From positions 12,992 through 76,991 of the forward strand of contig JALUCS010000118.1 of the NCBI GenBank assembly GCA_027050205.1: 64,000 bases of DNA, given 5' to 3'. Position numbers and translations under genes: made by a program. The DNA comes from a candidate division WOR-3 bacterium (GTDB lineage Bacteria; Hydrothermota; Hydrothermia; LBFQ01). The notes beneath the pieces were generated by a model. The model saw only the letters and a program-made list of their open reading frames with translations, ran no database searches and was not told the DNA's origin. Below, piece by piece: positions 30,774 through 41,421 of this stretch; within the stretch, counting starts at the first letter, position 1, and each line of letters begins with the position of its first letter.

Positions 30774-30927
30774 CCTCATAGACAAGAGCAAGAAGACGAA
30801 GAGGATCATCCGCTCCCTCGGCTTGAGGAGGATAGGTCAGACGGTGATCCATAAGGACGTCCCCGCCATCCGCGGGCAGGTTGAGAAGGTAAGGCGGTAC
30901 ATAGAGGTTGAGGAGATAGAGGATTGA
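30742..30927 (+). CDS. rpmD: 50S ribosomal protein L30
   Basis: LRITLKRSLI...LGLRRIGQTV...IRGQVEKV. Confidence 0.95.
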   Translation: MRKLRITLKRSLIDKSKKTKRIIRSLGLRRIGQTVIHKDVPAIRGQVEKVRRYIEVEEIED

Positions 30928-31967
30928 GGGGATTCCTCCGGAACTTGGTGACCTTCTTCAAGCCGGAGATAGCCGTAGATCTGGGAACCTCCACTACCCT
31001 GATATACCTCAAGGGTGAAGGGATAGTCCTACGGGAGGCCTCCGTCATCGCTCTGGACGCCAACACCAAGGAGGTGGTGGCCGTAGGCGACGCCGCCAAG
31101 CGTATGCTCGGCAAGACCCACGAGGGCCTCATAGCCAAACGTCCGATAAAGGACGGAGTCATACACAACCTTGAGTACGTCCAGATGATGCTCGCCGAGT
31201 TCCGCAAGAGGGTGATAAAGAACTTCATAGCCAACCCGACTATGCTGATGGCCATCCCCTCCGGGGCCAACGACGTTGAGCGTAAGGCCACCATAGACGC
31301 CGCCAAGAGCGTAGGGGCCAACCAGGTCTATCTGATAGAGGAACCGGTCGCCTCCGCCGTCGGTATAGGCCTGAACGTCTTTGAGCCGCAGGGCCATATG
31401 ATAGTGGATATAGGAGGTGGAACCTCCGAGATCGCCATCATCTCCCTCGCCGGTGTGGTGGCCAAACAGCCCATAAGGGTAGCCGGGGACGAGATGAACG
31501 AGGCTATAGCGGACTACATCCGCCGGGTCTACAACATAGCCATAGACGAGAACATAGCCGAGGAGATAAAGATAAAGATTGGGGACGTCTATGGCGATCG
31601 GAACGATGAGATGGTGATAAGGGGGTGGGAGGTCTTCTCCCGGAAGCCCACGGAGATAGTGGTGAAGTCGTCTGACGTAAAGGAGGCCCTCAAGGGGGTG
31701 ATAGACTCCCTCGCCCAGGCTATCAGGAAGGTCCTGGATATGGCGGAGCCATCCGTCGTTAGGGACGTCCTTGAGGAGGGGATATACCTGACGGGGGGAG
31801 GTTCCACCATAGAGGGGTTGGACAGGCGTCTGGAGGAGGAGACGGGAGTGAAGTTCATAAGGGCGGAGAACCCGTACGAGAGCGTAGCCAGGGGGGCGGG
31901 TATAGTCCTTGAGAACATAGACAGGAACCCGGAGTACAAGAAGCTGTTGGTGGCGGCCAGTAGGTGA
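30924..31967 (+). CDS. mreB: Rod-shape actin homologue MreB
   Basis: VDLGTSTT, RPIKDGVI, IEEPVASA, VDIGGGTSE, LTGGG. Confidence 0.95.
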   Translation: MRGFLRNLVTFFKPEIAVDLGTSTTLIYLKGEGIVLREASVIALDANTKEVVAVGDAAKRMLGKTHEGLIAKRPIKDGVIHNLEYVQMMLAEFRKRVIKNFIANPTMLMAIPSGANDVERKATIDAAKSVGANQVYLIEEPVASAVGIGLNVFEPQGHMIVDIGGGTSEIAIISLAGVVAKQPIRVAGDEMNEAIADYIRRVYNIAIDENIAEEIKIKIGDVYGDRNDEMVIRGWEVFSRKPTEIVVKSSDVKEALKGVIDSLAQAIRKVLDMAEPSVVRDVLEEGIYLTGGGSTIEGLDRRLEEETGVKFIRAENPYESVARGAGIVLENIDRNPEYKKLLVAASR

Positions 31968-31968
31968 T

Positions 31969-32664
31969 ATGTTCCCCCCCCGGTTGAAGATGGACCTCAA
32001 CAGGTGGGAGGTCCTGGCGCTTTTTGTCTCCCTTTCATTCCTCTTTCCCTTCGTCAAGGAGGGGGCCTTCTGGCTTGGACTCCCTAACCTCCTCTCCCCC
32101 TTCTTCGGTGTGAGGGCCTGGATATACACACTAACGGAGCTCCGTCTTCAGAGGGACGAACTCCTTAGGAGTAGATCGGAGGTCGTGGTGGTGAACCCCG
32201 TAGATACGGCTTCCAGTTTCCCTGTACGGTACAAGGGCCGGTGCCACCTCTTGGAAGCCTCATCACCCTATTACCCGGAGAGGGTCACCGTCAGGTGCGA
32301 CACCCTCCCCGCCCCTGGGGACCTCCTCTGGGCGGTCGGCTTGGTGGGTAGGGTGATGACGACGATAGGGAGGACCGGGGAGGCCCTGACCCTGCACTCC
32401 GGAGAGTTCTACATAAGGGTGTTTGACCTAAGGTCCGGGGTGTGGGGGACGTTGAAAGGGGGTAGAATACCCGCAGTAAGGTTCCTGCCGGAGGCGGCGG
32501 ACGTCAAGGTGGGCGATACCTTAGTGGCCTACGATCACCCAGGTGTGGTCGTGGGGGTGGTGGAGAGGATAGTACCGGAACCGCCCTTCGTTCGCCTGAA
32601 CGTTAGACCCGTATGGAGGTACTACGTATGGACAGAGTTCGCCCTGTTGAAACCGCTCTACTGA
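31969..32664 (+). CDS. mreC: Divergent MreC
   Basis: Follows mreB; N-terminal TM, short coil, GLVGRV, DVKVGDTLV, VGVV. Confidence 0.7.
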   Translation: MFPPRLKMDLNRWEVLALFVSLSFLFPFVKEGAFWLGLPNLLSPFFGVRAWIYTLTELRLQRDELLRSRSEVVVVNPVDTASSFPVRYKGRCHLLEASSPYYPERVTVRCDTLPAPGDLLWAVGLVGRVMTTIGRTGEALTLHSGEFYIRVFDLRSGVWGTLKGGRIPAVRFLPEAADVKVGDTLVAYDHPGVVVGVVERIVPEPPFVRLNVRPVWRYYVWTEFALLKPLY

Positions 32665-33845
32665 TAGGGCTTCTCCTCATCGTCCTGAACGTCCTGAACC
32701 CGTTCGTGGAGTTGGGAAGACTCATCGTTCATATCTCACCGGTGGACGTGGTCTTCGCCCTCGTCGGCGCCTCCGCCCTCGTCTTCCGTAGGAGGGAGAC
32801 CCTGACCCTGATAAGACGGAACTCTACGTACTATCTCCTCTCCGGTCTCTTCATCACCTCCGTACTGCTGTCGGCCCTCCTATCCCCTCACAGGGCCGTA
32901 CCCCTTAGGGAGAGCATCCAGATGATAGCCTACCTGTGGATCTTGCCCCTCATCTTGGCCTACGAGCCGAACGTACCTTGGGTGTATAGGACGGGGGCGA
33001 AGGCTTTAACCGTAGTGGGGGCTTTTCTCCTGGTTCCCTACTTCTACTTCTTCGGTTGGGTCCGGTTCAATCCCTTCAACATCCACGCCAACATAACCGG
33101 CTTCCTGTTCGCCCTGTTCTCCCTGATCCTAACCCATTACGGGGAAACGGGGATGGCCGTCCTATCAACCGTAGTGGCCTCCTTTACCTTCTCCAGGGCG
33201 GCTCTGGGGTCCCTGTTCTCCACCCTCCTGATGAAGGGGTTCTTGGAGCGTAAAAGGTGGCTGCCCCACCTATCCCTCGCCGCCCTTTCCGTTGCCCTTC
33301 TGTTCGCCTCTCCCTACGCCTTGAGGGGTTTCATAAAGGTCAGGGATCACATCAAGAGTAAGCTCGTGAGGGTTGAGGGAGGGATAGGCTACAAACCACC
33401 GATAGACGTCTTGAGGGGGAAGGGGTACGAGATGATAAGGGTATTGATGTGGGAGTCCTCCTTGGAAATGTGGGAGGAGAAACCGCTAACGGGTATAGGG
33501 TTGGGAAGGTTCCGGGAGGAGTGGGAGTCGGAGTGCAGGGAGGGAAAACTACCCGATAGGTTGTGCGTCAAGTGGGTGGGGAACGTAGACCCTCACAACG
33601 TGTTCCTCCACGTCCTTAGCGAGACCGGTATAGTGGGCCTTACGACCTTCCTCCTCCTTTTCGCCTTTGTGGCCCTTAGGGTAGCAGGGAACAGCCTCGC
33701 CCTATCCGTCCTCGTTATGACCTTCCTCTTCGCCCTCCTCCAACCCTTCCCCCTCTTCATACGCAACCTCGCCCCGATCGTATGGCTCCTACTCTTCTAC
33801 GGTGGTGTGATAAGATGGAGGAATCCCGGAGGACCCGACGCCTAA
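32613..33845 (+). CDS. O-antigen ligase (WaaL-like) family membrane protein
   Basis: TFSRAA, R..MW...EKPLTGIGLG, PHNVFLHVLSETGIVG; start uncertain. Confidence 0.85.
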   Translation: MEVLRMDRVRPVETALLIGLLLIVLNVLNPFVELGRLIVHISPVDVVFALVGASALVFRRRETLTLIRRNSTYYLLSGLFITSVLLSALLSPHRAVPLRESIQMIAYLWILPLILAYEPNVPWVYRTGAKALTVVGAFLLVPYFYFFGWVRFNPFNIHANITGFLFALFSLILTHYGETGMAVLSTVVASFTFSRAALGSLFSTLLMKGFLERKRWLPHLSLAALSVALLFASPYALRGFIKVRDHIKSKLVRVEGGIGYKPPIDVLRGKGYEMIRVLMWESSLEMWEEKPLTGIGLGRFREEWESECREGKLPDRLCVKWVGNVDPHNVFLHVLSETGIVGLTTFLLLFAFVALRVAGNSLALSVLVMTFLFALLQPFPLFIRNLAPIVWLLLFYGGVIRWRNPGGPDA

Positions 33846-35200
33846 CCTTCCTCGTCTTGTCCCTGCTGATTCTTCTTATGTCGCCCTATCTGTTCTCTTT
33901 CGGAATGTTCTTTGACGGCCTAACCTACGCCGCCGTCTCCCGCAACCTCGCCATCGGCTTCGGCACCCTCTGGAAGCCCGCCTACAGCCTGACCATCGGG
34001 AGGGAGTTCTACGGCCACCCCCCTCTGGGCTTCTGGCTCCAGTCCGTCGCCTACCGCCTCTTTGGGGATCACCTGTGGGTGGATAAGGCATTTACCTACG
34101 CCGTAGCCTCCTTGAACCTCCTCCTCTTCTACCTCCTCTACCGTTCCATCCGCAGGTACGGGGACCCCGGCTTCTGGGCGCCCCTTCTCCTCCTCGTCTC
34201 CTTCCACTCCTACCGTTGGGTCATTAGGAACGGCCTCCTGGAGAACACTATGACCTCCTTCGTCCTACTCGCCCTGATCCTCTACACCCTCTCTCTCCGC
34301 CGCCCGTACTACGGTATCCCTGCGGGCCTATCCGTCCTCGCCGCTTTCCTCGTCAAGGGTCCGGTTGGGACCTTCCCCTTGGTCTCCCCCCTCCTCTTAC
34401 CGTCTCCGTCCCCTAAGAAGAGGCTGGCCCCCTTCCTCTTGAGCGTAGTTGCCTTCTCCCTATCTTTCGCCCTCTTGATGCTCCTTCCGGAGGTGCGGCA
34501 CTTCTTCTCGGAGTACCTCCACCACCAGATTTTCAGAAGCGTAACCGGGGGGGAGAACCCCGCCCCCTCCCGCCTCTACATCCTCTACGCCATCGCTACG
34601 GAGATGGCCTTCCCCTCCCTCTTCCTCATCCCCCTATCCTTTCTCCTCCACCTGAAACGGGAGGTGTGGGTGGAGTGGGACGGACGTACCCTCGGCCTCC
34701 TCCTCCTCGCCCTCTCCGGCAGCCTCCCCATAATGTTGAGCCTCAAACAGGCCCGTTTCTACCTCCATCCCTCCCTGTTCATCTACGCCCTCTTCCTGAC
34801 CTCCCTCTTCCGTCCCGCCCTTAGGAGGTTGGAGTCTTGGCGACCGGTGGATAGGTTGGCCCTACCTACGGGCATCATATTCCTGCTTGCGGCCCTACCC
34901 GTGGCCCTTAGGTTCGCGGGGACTGGGAAGGGGGGCTACGAGCCTTTCTACAGGGACTTCGTTGAGAACCCCCTACACCTCAACCTAAAGCACCACGAGT
35001 ACCTCTCCGTATGCCCAAGGGGACTGTACGGGAACTGGAGTATGTTTGCCGGTATGGAGAGGGCGTTTATGTTGAGTATGACCCGGCGGGACGGTTCTCC
35101 CTTCCTGTTGGTGAGCCGAGGGGAGTGCCGGAGTATCCCCGACGGCTACCTCCCCATCCACGAGGGGAAGCAGTTCGTCCTGTACCGGAGGGTCAGGTAG
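33815..35200 (+). CDS. ArnT/PMT-like (GT-C) membrane glycosyltransferase
   Basis: DGLTYA, GHPPLGFW, FLVKGP; many TM helices. Confidence 0.85.
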   Translation: MEESRRTRRLTFLVLSLLILLMSPYLFSFGMFFDGLTYAAVSRNLAIGFGTLWKPAYSLTIGREFYGHPPLGFWLQSVAYRLFGDHLWVDKAFTYAVASLNLLLFYLLYRSIRRYGDPGFWAPLLLLVSFHSYRWVIRNGLLENTMTSFVLLALILYTLSLRRPYYGIPAGLSVLAAFLVKGPVGTFPLVSPLLLPSPSPKKRLAPFLLSVVAFSLSFALLMLLPEVRHFFSEYLHHQIFRSVTGGENPAPSRLYILYAIATEMAFPSLFLIPLSFLLHLKREVWVEWDGRTLGLLLLALSGSLPIMLSLKQARFYLHPSLFIYALFLTSLFRPALRRLESWRPVDRLALPTGIIFLLAALPVALRFAGTGKGGYEPFYRDFVENPLHLNLKHHEYLSVCPRGLYGNWSMFAGMERAFMLSMTRRDGSPFLLVSRGECRSIPDGYLPIHEGKQFVLYRRVR

Positions 35201-35201
35201 G

Positions 35202-36455
35202 TCACCGCTCAAGGACGGAGTACCTCAAGAGGAGCCTACCGTCAGCCCATACGGTTACGCTCCGGCCGATGGCCTTGAACTTCCCCTTGAAGACGTCCCC
35301 CTTCTCCCTACGTATGGGGAACCTCCTCCCCCCACTGACAGCCCAGACCTTTTTGGCTCCCGGAACCTTCAGTTGCAACGTCGCCGTATCCCCCTTTAGG
35401 AAGTATCCGTTTATGGGGCCGTAGAGGTAGGCTCCCATCCTGTAGAAGCGGTCGTACACCTTCACGAACCCCTCGCCGTACGGGTAATCCATATCCTGAA
35501 TCCAGTAGGAGGTGCGGCTGCTGAAGTACTTGGTGAAGGCCAAATCCTCCCTCTTCGTCTTGAGGTCCTTCATCCAAACCTCAACTACGTATAGGCCGGT
35601 GTCCGGCCATAGGATGTGTATCCGGTAGGTTAGGGTGTCGGAGGGTAGGGTATCCACCCAGAGGTAGTGGAGGGGTTGGCGGAGGCGTTTGCCAAGGGGT
35701 TTGACGTAGAAGACGTAGCCCTTAGGCCCACGCATCTCTAAGTCGTACCGGCCGAAGAAGTTGGGGCTTAGGACGGAGCTGTCCGGACCGAGGAAGACGA
35801 ACCCCTTCTTTATGAACCTCTCCGAGGGGCAGGGCATGGCCAGAAACTGCTCCTTGGTTATCTCCCTTCCCTTCCATATCCTGTAGGCCTTCAAGTTCGG
35901 TATCAGGTCGTCCATCCTACTCCATCTTATCTTCTCGGCGTAATGGGTGTATATGAGGGCCTTCGGGGAGACGTCGTAGTAGAAGAGGTCAAAGTGGGGG
36001 TAGAATCGCCTGCTATCCTTGGATACGTACCCCGAACCCCACGTGGGATCGGCCAGTACCCACCTCCCCTTGGCCTCGGAGTAGAAGACCACCCAGGCGT
36101 GGCCGCCCGCGTTAATTGGGTGCTTCAGGTCGGAGTAGTTCTTCGCCGTACCGACGATTACGTAGGCCACTATCCCCATCTTACGGAGGAGATGGACCAT
36201 AAGGTTGGCGTACCCTTCACATACGGTCTTACGCTTCTTCAGAACGCCTTCCGGGTCCGTGGTGGCAAAGTAGGATGTGTCCCACAGGGCGCGGGTGTCG
36301 TACCTTATGTTCCTCGCCACCCAGGTGTAGGTGGCCAGAGCCTTCTCGTAGTCGCTTTTACCGCACCTGTTTAACCTCTTGACCAGAAACGGGACTTTAC
36401 GGCTGTAGGGTATCCGGGCGGCACACCTAACCGGAGATAGGGCGATGAGGAGCAT
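35202..36455 (-). CDS. Transglutaminase-like domain protein
   Basis: WVARNIRYD, VCEGYA, HAW, DPTWG (Cys-His-Asp triad). Confidence 0.88.
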   Translation of the reverse strand: MLLIALSPVRCAARIPYSRKVPFLVKRLNRCGKSDYEKALATYTWVARNIRYDTRALWDTSYFATTDPEGVLKKRKTVCEGYANLMVHLLRKMGIVAYVIVGTAKNYSDLKHPINAGGHAWVVFYSEAKGRWVLADPTWGSGYVSKDSRRFYPHFDLFYYDVSPKALIYTHYAEKIRWSRMDDLIPNLKAYRIWKGREITKEQFLAMPCPSERFIKKGFVFLGPDSSVLSPNFFGRYDLEMRGPKGYVFYVKPLGKRLRQPLHYLWVDTLPSDTLTYRIHILWPDTGLYVVEVWMKDLKTKREDLAFTKYFSSRTSYWIQDMDYPYGEGFVKVYDRFYRMGAYLYGPINGYFLKGDTATLQLKVPGAKKVWAVSGGRRFPIRREKGDVFKGKFKAIGRSVTVWADGRLLLRYSVLER

Positions 36456-36465
36456 CACCTGTATT

Positions 36466-36807
36466 TTAAGCCCGATCGGGGGCCTCCCTCACCGCCTCCC
36501 AATCCACCGGTGGCTCCCCCCTCAAGTCTGCCAGTTTACCCTTGCCTATGAGGATCCAGATGCCGACGGGGAACCTATCCCTGTTCAGGCGGTACAGCTC
36601 CCGGAGTTTCCGCTTTATCCTGTTCCTCCGGACGGCCCTCCTGACCTTCCGCTCAACGGCGAAGAGGACTTTCCTCTGTCCATAGGGGGCGTACCTGATG
36701 ACGAGGTAATCGGAGGAGAGTACCGTCCTTGAGTTGCGGAAGGCGTACCTTATCTCCCTCCTGTGGCGGAGGATCTCCCCCTTGTTGAGGCCGTACCTCT
36801 TAGCCAT
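36466..36807 (-). CDS. rnpA: Ribonuclease P protein component
   Basis: KVRRAVRRNRIKRKLRE RNR motif. Confidence 0.88.
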   Translation of the reverse strand: MAKRYGLNKGEILRHRREIRYAFRNSRTVLSSDYLVIRYAPYGQRKVLFAVERKVRRAVRRNRIKRKLRELYRLNRDRFPVGIWILIGKGKLADLRGEPPVDWEAVREAPDRA

Positions 36808-37075
36808 CGCTTAGACCGAAGGCCTTCAGGAGGAGCCTCCTACGGTTCTCCCTGTTCTCCGGCAGATCCGCAGCCTCCAAGGTGCGACGTACCACCTCCC
36901 CTATCCTCCCCTCCTCAACGCCGAGTAAGGCTTCCTTTAGACTTTCGGCCAGCCCCCTTAGGGTTTTGCACCTCGCGGCCGTGTACTCAACGTCCCTCAC
37001 CCTGCCATCCTCCACCGTGAGGACGAACTTAACCCTCAACCAGCCGTCCTTAGCCTGAAATACCCTCCTTTCCAT
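36800..37075 (-). CDS. Small protein, weakly IscU/NifU-N-like
   Basis: LTVEDGRVRDVEY...C pattern; only one Cys. Confidence 0.5.
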   Translation of the reverse strand: MERRVFQAKDGWLRVKFVLTVEDGRVRDVEYTAARCKTLRGLAESLKEALLGVEEGRIGEVVRRTLEAADLPENRENRRRLLLKAFGLSDG

Positions 37076-37085
37076 ACCCTTAAGT

Positions 37086-37796
37086 CTAAGGGGGAGCGAT
37101 GGGCAGGTCCCCGTCCATCAGAAGCACCTCCCCTCCGCCCGTCAGGGCCATCTTTACGGCTACGATCCTCCCCCCGAACCCTGACAGGAGTCTGGGAATC
37201 TCCGGGTCAAGGGAGCAGGGCCTGAAGGCCCTCGCCAGGGGGTGGGCGGCCACGAAGATGAGGATTCCCCTCCTCTTCCCCAGTTCCTCTACGTGCCTCC
37301 GGCCCCGGAGGGTTACGGTGTCGGGGTACCGGGCGGTGCCATCCTCCGGGAAGTAGAAGACGGCGCTCTTTATCTCCGCCGGCACCTTCCCCTCCGGCCC
37401 CTTCAGGAGGAGGTCAAAGGTAGAGCCTCCCACCCTTACGTTCCGCCTCACCACCCTGTAGTCCTTAAGGGACGGGATGAGGCCCCGCCCTACGGCCTCC
37501 AATACCGCCCTCTCCTGGAGGGAGGTGTCTATGAGGGTGTAGAGGGGGCTACCCTCAACCGCCGTGCCGACTATCCTCCAACGGAGTCTTCTCCCACTTA
37601 TGGGGGTGCAGAGGACCTCCCTCCCCTCAACGAGGAGGTCAAGGAGCTTGCCCGTGTTGTTGGTGTGGGCCTCGGCGGGTACATCGCCAAGGAGGACGTT
37701 GGAGACGAAGCGGTTGAGCCTCCTAAGGAATACGCACCTCTCAACCGGTACCTCAAGGAGCCTCGTAAAGTCCAAACTTCCGGGCGAGGTTTCCAA
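37086..37796 (-). CDS. sfsA: SfsA-family nuclease
   Basis: RRLNRF, HTNNTG, FDLLL, EIKS, YPD...RGRRH. Confidence 0.9.
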   Translation of the reverse strand: METSPGSLDFTRLLEVPVERCVFLRRLNRFVSNVLLGDVPAEAHTNNTGKLLDLLVEGREVLCTPISGRRLRWRIVGTAVEGSPLYTLIDTSLQERAVLEAVGRGLIPSLKDYRVVRRNVRVGGSTFDLLLKGPEGKVPAEIKSAVFYFPEDGTARYPDTVTLRGRRHVEELGKRRGILIFVAAHPLARAFRPCSLDPEIPRLLSGFGGRIVAVKMALTGGGEVLLMDGDLPIAPP

Positions 37797-38922
37797 CGAC
37801 GGCCTCCTCCCTTTCCTTTTCTACGGCGATGCACACCTTCGTATCGGACGCCCCCATCATCATAAAGATATGCTCCCAGCCGACCACCGAGAAGATGGCC
37901 TCCATTATCTCCGGGGCGCTCACCCCCCAACCTACGACGCACACCATGGACAGACCCTCCCTCAAGGCGAACCTCACCCCCATTTCCGATAGGGTCTCCA
38001 ACGCCCTGTCCCGCTCCTCCAAGGGTACGGAGAGGACGAGGTGCTTACCGGTCGTGGCGTCGTGGGTGAAGTTCAGGACCCTTACGGCCTCAACCATCCG
38101 CGCTAAGAGGGGAAGTCCCTCCCTCCCCTCAACGTCAAACATAACGATGGGCATGGTGGTGATGGCCTTAACGCCCGGACTCTCAAGGTGTTCCCTCTTC
38201 TCCACCAACGTACCTCCCTTTTCCGGTTCGTAGGATGAGAGTATAAGGAAGGGGAGGCCGTACTTGGCGGCCAGGTTGACGGCGCGGGAGTGCATCACCC
38301 TGGCACCGGAGGAGGCCATCTCGGACAGGATGGTGTAGTCCATCCTCTCGTACCTCCTGACTCCGGGGAACTTCCTCGGGTCAAGGGCGAAGACTCCGGG
38401 AACGTCCGTGTATATCTCGCAGGGTACCTTGCCGAGGGATATGGCGAGGGCTACGGCCGTGAGGTCGCTCCCACCCCTCCCGAGGGTGGTTATCTCCTTG
38501 CTGACGCTCACCCCCTGAAAGCCGGCGACGACGGGGATCTTACCCTCCTTCAGAGCGTCCGTTATGCGGTAGAGCTTTATCTCAAGCACCCTCGCCCTGT
38601 TGAAGCGGTCCTCCGTGATTATGCCCACCTGCGACCCCGTAAAGGATATGGCCTCAAGCCCCAGCTCGTACAGGGCCATGGACAGGAGTGCCATAGATAT
38701 GCGTTCTCCGACGGTTAAGAGCATGTCCAACTCACGGGGCGGGGGTCTCCTTGATACGCTGTAGGCCAGTTTCAGGAGTTCGTCCGTCGTCTTGCCCATC
38801 GCCGAGACTACGACGACGGGGGCGCACACCTCCCGCTTCCGCTTGACTATCTCGGCCACCGCCCGGATCCGCTCCGGCGTGGCTACGGAGGAGCCACCGA
38901 ACTTAAGGACGCAGGGGGTCAT
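37753..38922 (-). CDS. lysC: Aspartate kinase
   Basis: [27 protein letters not shown]. Confidence 0.95.
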   Translation of the reverse strand: MTPCVLKFGGSSVATPERIRAVAEIVKRKREVCAPVVVVSAMGKTTDELLKLAYSVSRRPPPRELDMLLTVGERISMALLSMALYELGLEAISFTGSQVGIITEDRFNRARVLEIKLYRITDALKEGKIPVVAGFQGVSVSKEITTLGRGGSDLTAVALAISLGKVPCEIYTDVPGVFALDPRKFPGVRRYERMDYTILSEMASSGARVMHSRAVNLAAKYGLPFLILSSYEPEKGGTLVEKREHLESPGVKAITTMPIVMFDVEGREGLPLLARMVEAVRVLNFTHDATTGKHLVLSVPLEERDRALETLSEMGVRFALREGLSMVCVVGWGVSAPEIMEAIFSVVGWEHIFMMMGASDTKVCIAVEKEREEAVVGNLARKFGLYEAP

Positions 38923-39787
38923 AGATCTTAACTATTCGGTTCAACATTTTATAGTTTAATATCCAATCCATCTCCGTCATTGCCCTTTCCATATGATTTT
39001 TCATTTTCAACCAACCTCTGCCATCAGTAATCCACACGAATATAATGCCGTATTCTTTGGCTTTTCTGTGAAGTTCTATATAATCCCCTACTATAGCATT
39101 TGGCTTACTTCCAGGTGTATTGTAGAAATTCGCCTCTATTATCATAAAGGGTTGCCTATCTGTAGATTCTAAATATAGAGCGAAATCATGACGTTTGCGG
39201 CGGCTTCCATATAGGGAAAAGTTTGCATCTTGGGGAACTATTTTCACCCTTTTTGATATAATTTTGGAAATTTTATTATAAACCATTTGCTCAAATATGA
39301 GGCCACTTCTATTTTTTCTTGCATTTGTGTCTAATCCAACTTCCACCCCAAGTATATAATCAAGGAGGTTCTGGGTTCTATCAAAAATATTAAGTATACC
39401 AGTGCGTTCACAGAATTTCACAACAGTTTTTAAGTCATATCTATCATCTTTGGGATCAAAAATTACGGTTAATATTTTTTCTGATACCGCATCAAAAATA
39501 TCTATACCTTTTGTGTGCAATCTAACTGCAATGATAATAGGTATAACTTTTGATACTTCTGGATACTCTTTAAGGATTTCAAATAATTTATTTTTTCTCC
39601 ACTTTCCATGATATCTTGACAGAATGGATAAAATTTGCAATTCATTCTCATAATGTTTAACATTTGATAGAACTCTATCCCAATCAACAAAATATTCGTA
39701 TGTTTGGTTGGTTTTCAAAAGCGTTTTAAAAAAGGTTGACTTATATTCATCAAAACTGTCAAATCCTAATTTCTCAAAATTTACCAT
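38903..39787 (-). CDS. DpnII/MboI-family type II restriction endonuclease
   Basis: [38 protein letters not shown]; markedly AT-rich. Confidence 0.9.
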   Translation of the reverse strand: MVNFEKLGFDSFDEYKSTFFKTLLKTNQTYEYFVDWDRVLSNVKHYENELQILSILSRYHGKWRKNKLFEILKEYPEVSKVIPIIIAVRLHTKGIDIFDAVSEKILTVIFDPKDDRYDLKTVVKFCERTGILNIFDRTQNLLDYILGVEVGLDTNARKNRSGLIFEQMVYNKISKIISKRVKIVPQDANFSLYGSRRKRHDFALYLESTDRQPFMIIEANFYNTPGSKPNAIVGDYIELHRKAKEYGIIFVWITDGRGWLKMKNHMERAMTEMDWILNYKMLNRIVKIYDPLRP

Positions 39788-39788
39788 A

Positions 39789-40721
39789 TCACCATCCCCC
39801 CCTTTCCCTGTGGCTGCTGAACCTGTACTTCCTATACTCTCCCTCATCCTCCGGCTTACGAAATACGAAGATCTGCTCGTGGGTTATGAGGTAGAAGTCG
39901 TAATTCCTCCCCCTCCATCTCTCCCTCGTCCCCTTCATATTATGTTGGACTTTAACGATATTTTCTAAAAGCACAAAACCGACCTCCAGAAAGGCCTCAA
40001 GTACGTAGTGGGATATAGGTACGTAGTGCTTGTGCTTTCTCGTATCCCCTATGAGTATGGCGCACACCCTGCCCGGCTTCAGCACCCTGAAAAACTCTGC
40101 TGCTGCTGTCTTCATCCCCTCCAGGTACTCCGGGAAAGAAAGGTTAGAAAGGTCATCTTTATCGCCTTTCTTCCTGCTATAGACGATTATGTTTGCGTAC
40201 GGTGGGTGGGTCGCCACGAGATCTACGGAGTTAGATGGCACCTTATCAAGGTTCCGGGCATCCCCCCAGTAGGTGCGGACTTCCGGCATCTCCGATTTTT
40301 CAAACATATCGTTGACTTCAAAGTTCAACCTGTCCAACGTGAGCATCACCGACTCGTAGTTGATATCCACCCCTATAGCCCTCCGTCCAAGGAGCCGGGC
40401 TTCAACCAAGGTCGTACCGCTGCCCATCATAGGGTCTAAGACGGTTTCCCCCTCCTCCGTGTATTTGAGAATGAGGTTGCGGGGTATGTAGGGAGACCAA
40501 TTCCCTCTGTAGTTTCCCCTGTGTGTCGCCCAAGAGCCTCTATCCGGGAAGCTCCATACCGTCGTTCTTTCCAGCTCGTACCCTGCCGGAGGTCCGAGCG
40601 TTTTAACCAACTTCCTCCCCGTTAGCTCTATCCTCACTCCCCCAACTTCAACGTACCCCTTTTCCCTTCTAAACCTCTCGTAATCCTCCCATTCTACTTC
40701 CACCATCTCCCTGTACCTCAT
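39789..40721 (-). CDS. N4-C/N6-A DNA methyltransferase, partner of the endonuclease
   Basis: DPMMGSGTT (motif I) then THPPY (motif IV); ATG overlaps the upstream TGA at 40718-40721. Confidence 0.88.
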   Translation of the reverse strand: MRYREMVEVEWEDYERFRREKGYVEVGGVRIELTGRKLVKTLGPPAGYELERTTVWSFPDRGSWATHRGNYRGNWSPYIPRNLILKYTEEGETVLDPMMGSGTTLVEARLLGRRAIGVDINYESVMLTLDRLNFEVNDMFEKSEMPEVRTYWGDARNLDKVPSNSVDLVATHPPYANIIVYSRKKGDKDDLSNLSFPEYLEGMKTAAAEFFRVLKPGRVCAILIGDTRKHKHYVPISHYVLEAFLEVGFVLLENIVKVQHNMKGTRERWRGRNYDFYLITHEQIFVFRKPEDEGEYRKYRFSSHRERGGW

Positions 40722-41419
40722 ATCACGTGCAGCCAGCTGTGGAGAAGGAAGTATATCCTGCCGAGGAGCAGGGAGATACGGCCCATAACCGTGTAGCCGA
40801 AGGAGGCCCCGAAGGCCACCATTATGAAGACTATGCCGATGTTCACTATCGGCTTCATTATCCCCTTCTGCTCCACGGAGAAGAAGAAGTACAGGATGGT
40901 CGTGAAGACGCCGATTATGAAGACCCAGTTGGAGAAGGTGGTGAGGGCGCTGTCGGTCCAGAGGGGAAGGAAGGTGGCCTTTATCTGCGGGAATATGATC
41001 CCCTGGAAGAGGGCCGTCAGGTTTATACCGGTGTAGATACCGATGGTGACGGCGAGGGGGTAGAGGGCGAGCCAACGGAGTTGAGGGGCGACGTAGCCGA
41101 ATATCTCCAATTTCGTCAGGATCATCAAACCGAGGATGGCGCCTATTATGACCACCAGCTGGCCGAGGGTGAGGAAGGGTACCTGCTGGCCCATGAAGTT
41201 GAAGGTGCCGAGTTTCAGGACGACGTACTTGCTGTCCCTTATGCCCTGGGCGATCTGGGGCCAGATGGCCTGGTTGAAGATGTTGATTATGCCGTAGCCC
41301 GCGGAGACGCCGACGAAGATATGCTCCGCGAACCGATACACCGGGTTCTCCTTTATTATGAGCGAGAGGATCGCCAGCGTTAGAAAGGCTGCTATCCAGA
41401 CTCCAATTACTTCGGCCAT
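40718..41419 (-). CDS. Uncharacterised multi-pass membrane protein (KENPxYRFAEH type)
   Basis: KENPVYRFAEHIFVGVSAGY, ILYFFFS, FGASFGYTVMGR. Confidence 0.85.
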   Translation of the reverse strand: MAEVIGVWIAAFLTLAILSLIIKENPVYRFAEHIFVGVSAGYGIINIFNQAIWPQIAQGIRDSKYVVLKLGTFNFMGQQVPFLTLGQLVVIIGAILGLMILTKLEIFGYVAPQLRWLALYPLAVTIGIYTGINLTALFQGIIFPQIKATFLPLWTDSALTTFSNWVFIIGVFTTILYFFFSVEQKGIMKPIVNIGIVFIMVAFGASFGYTVMGRISLLLGRIYFLLHSWLHVI

Positions 41420-41421
41420 GG

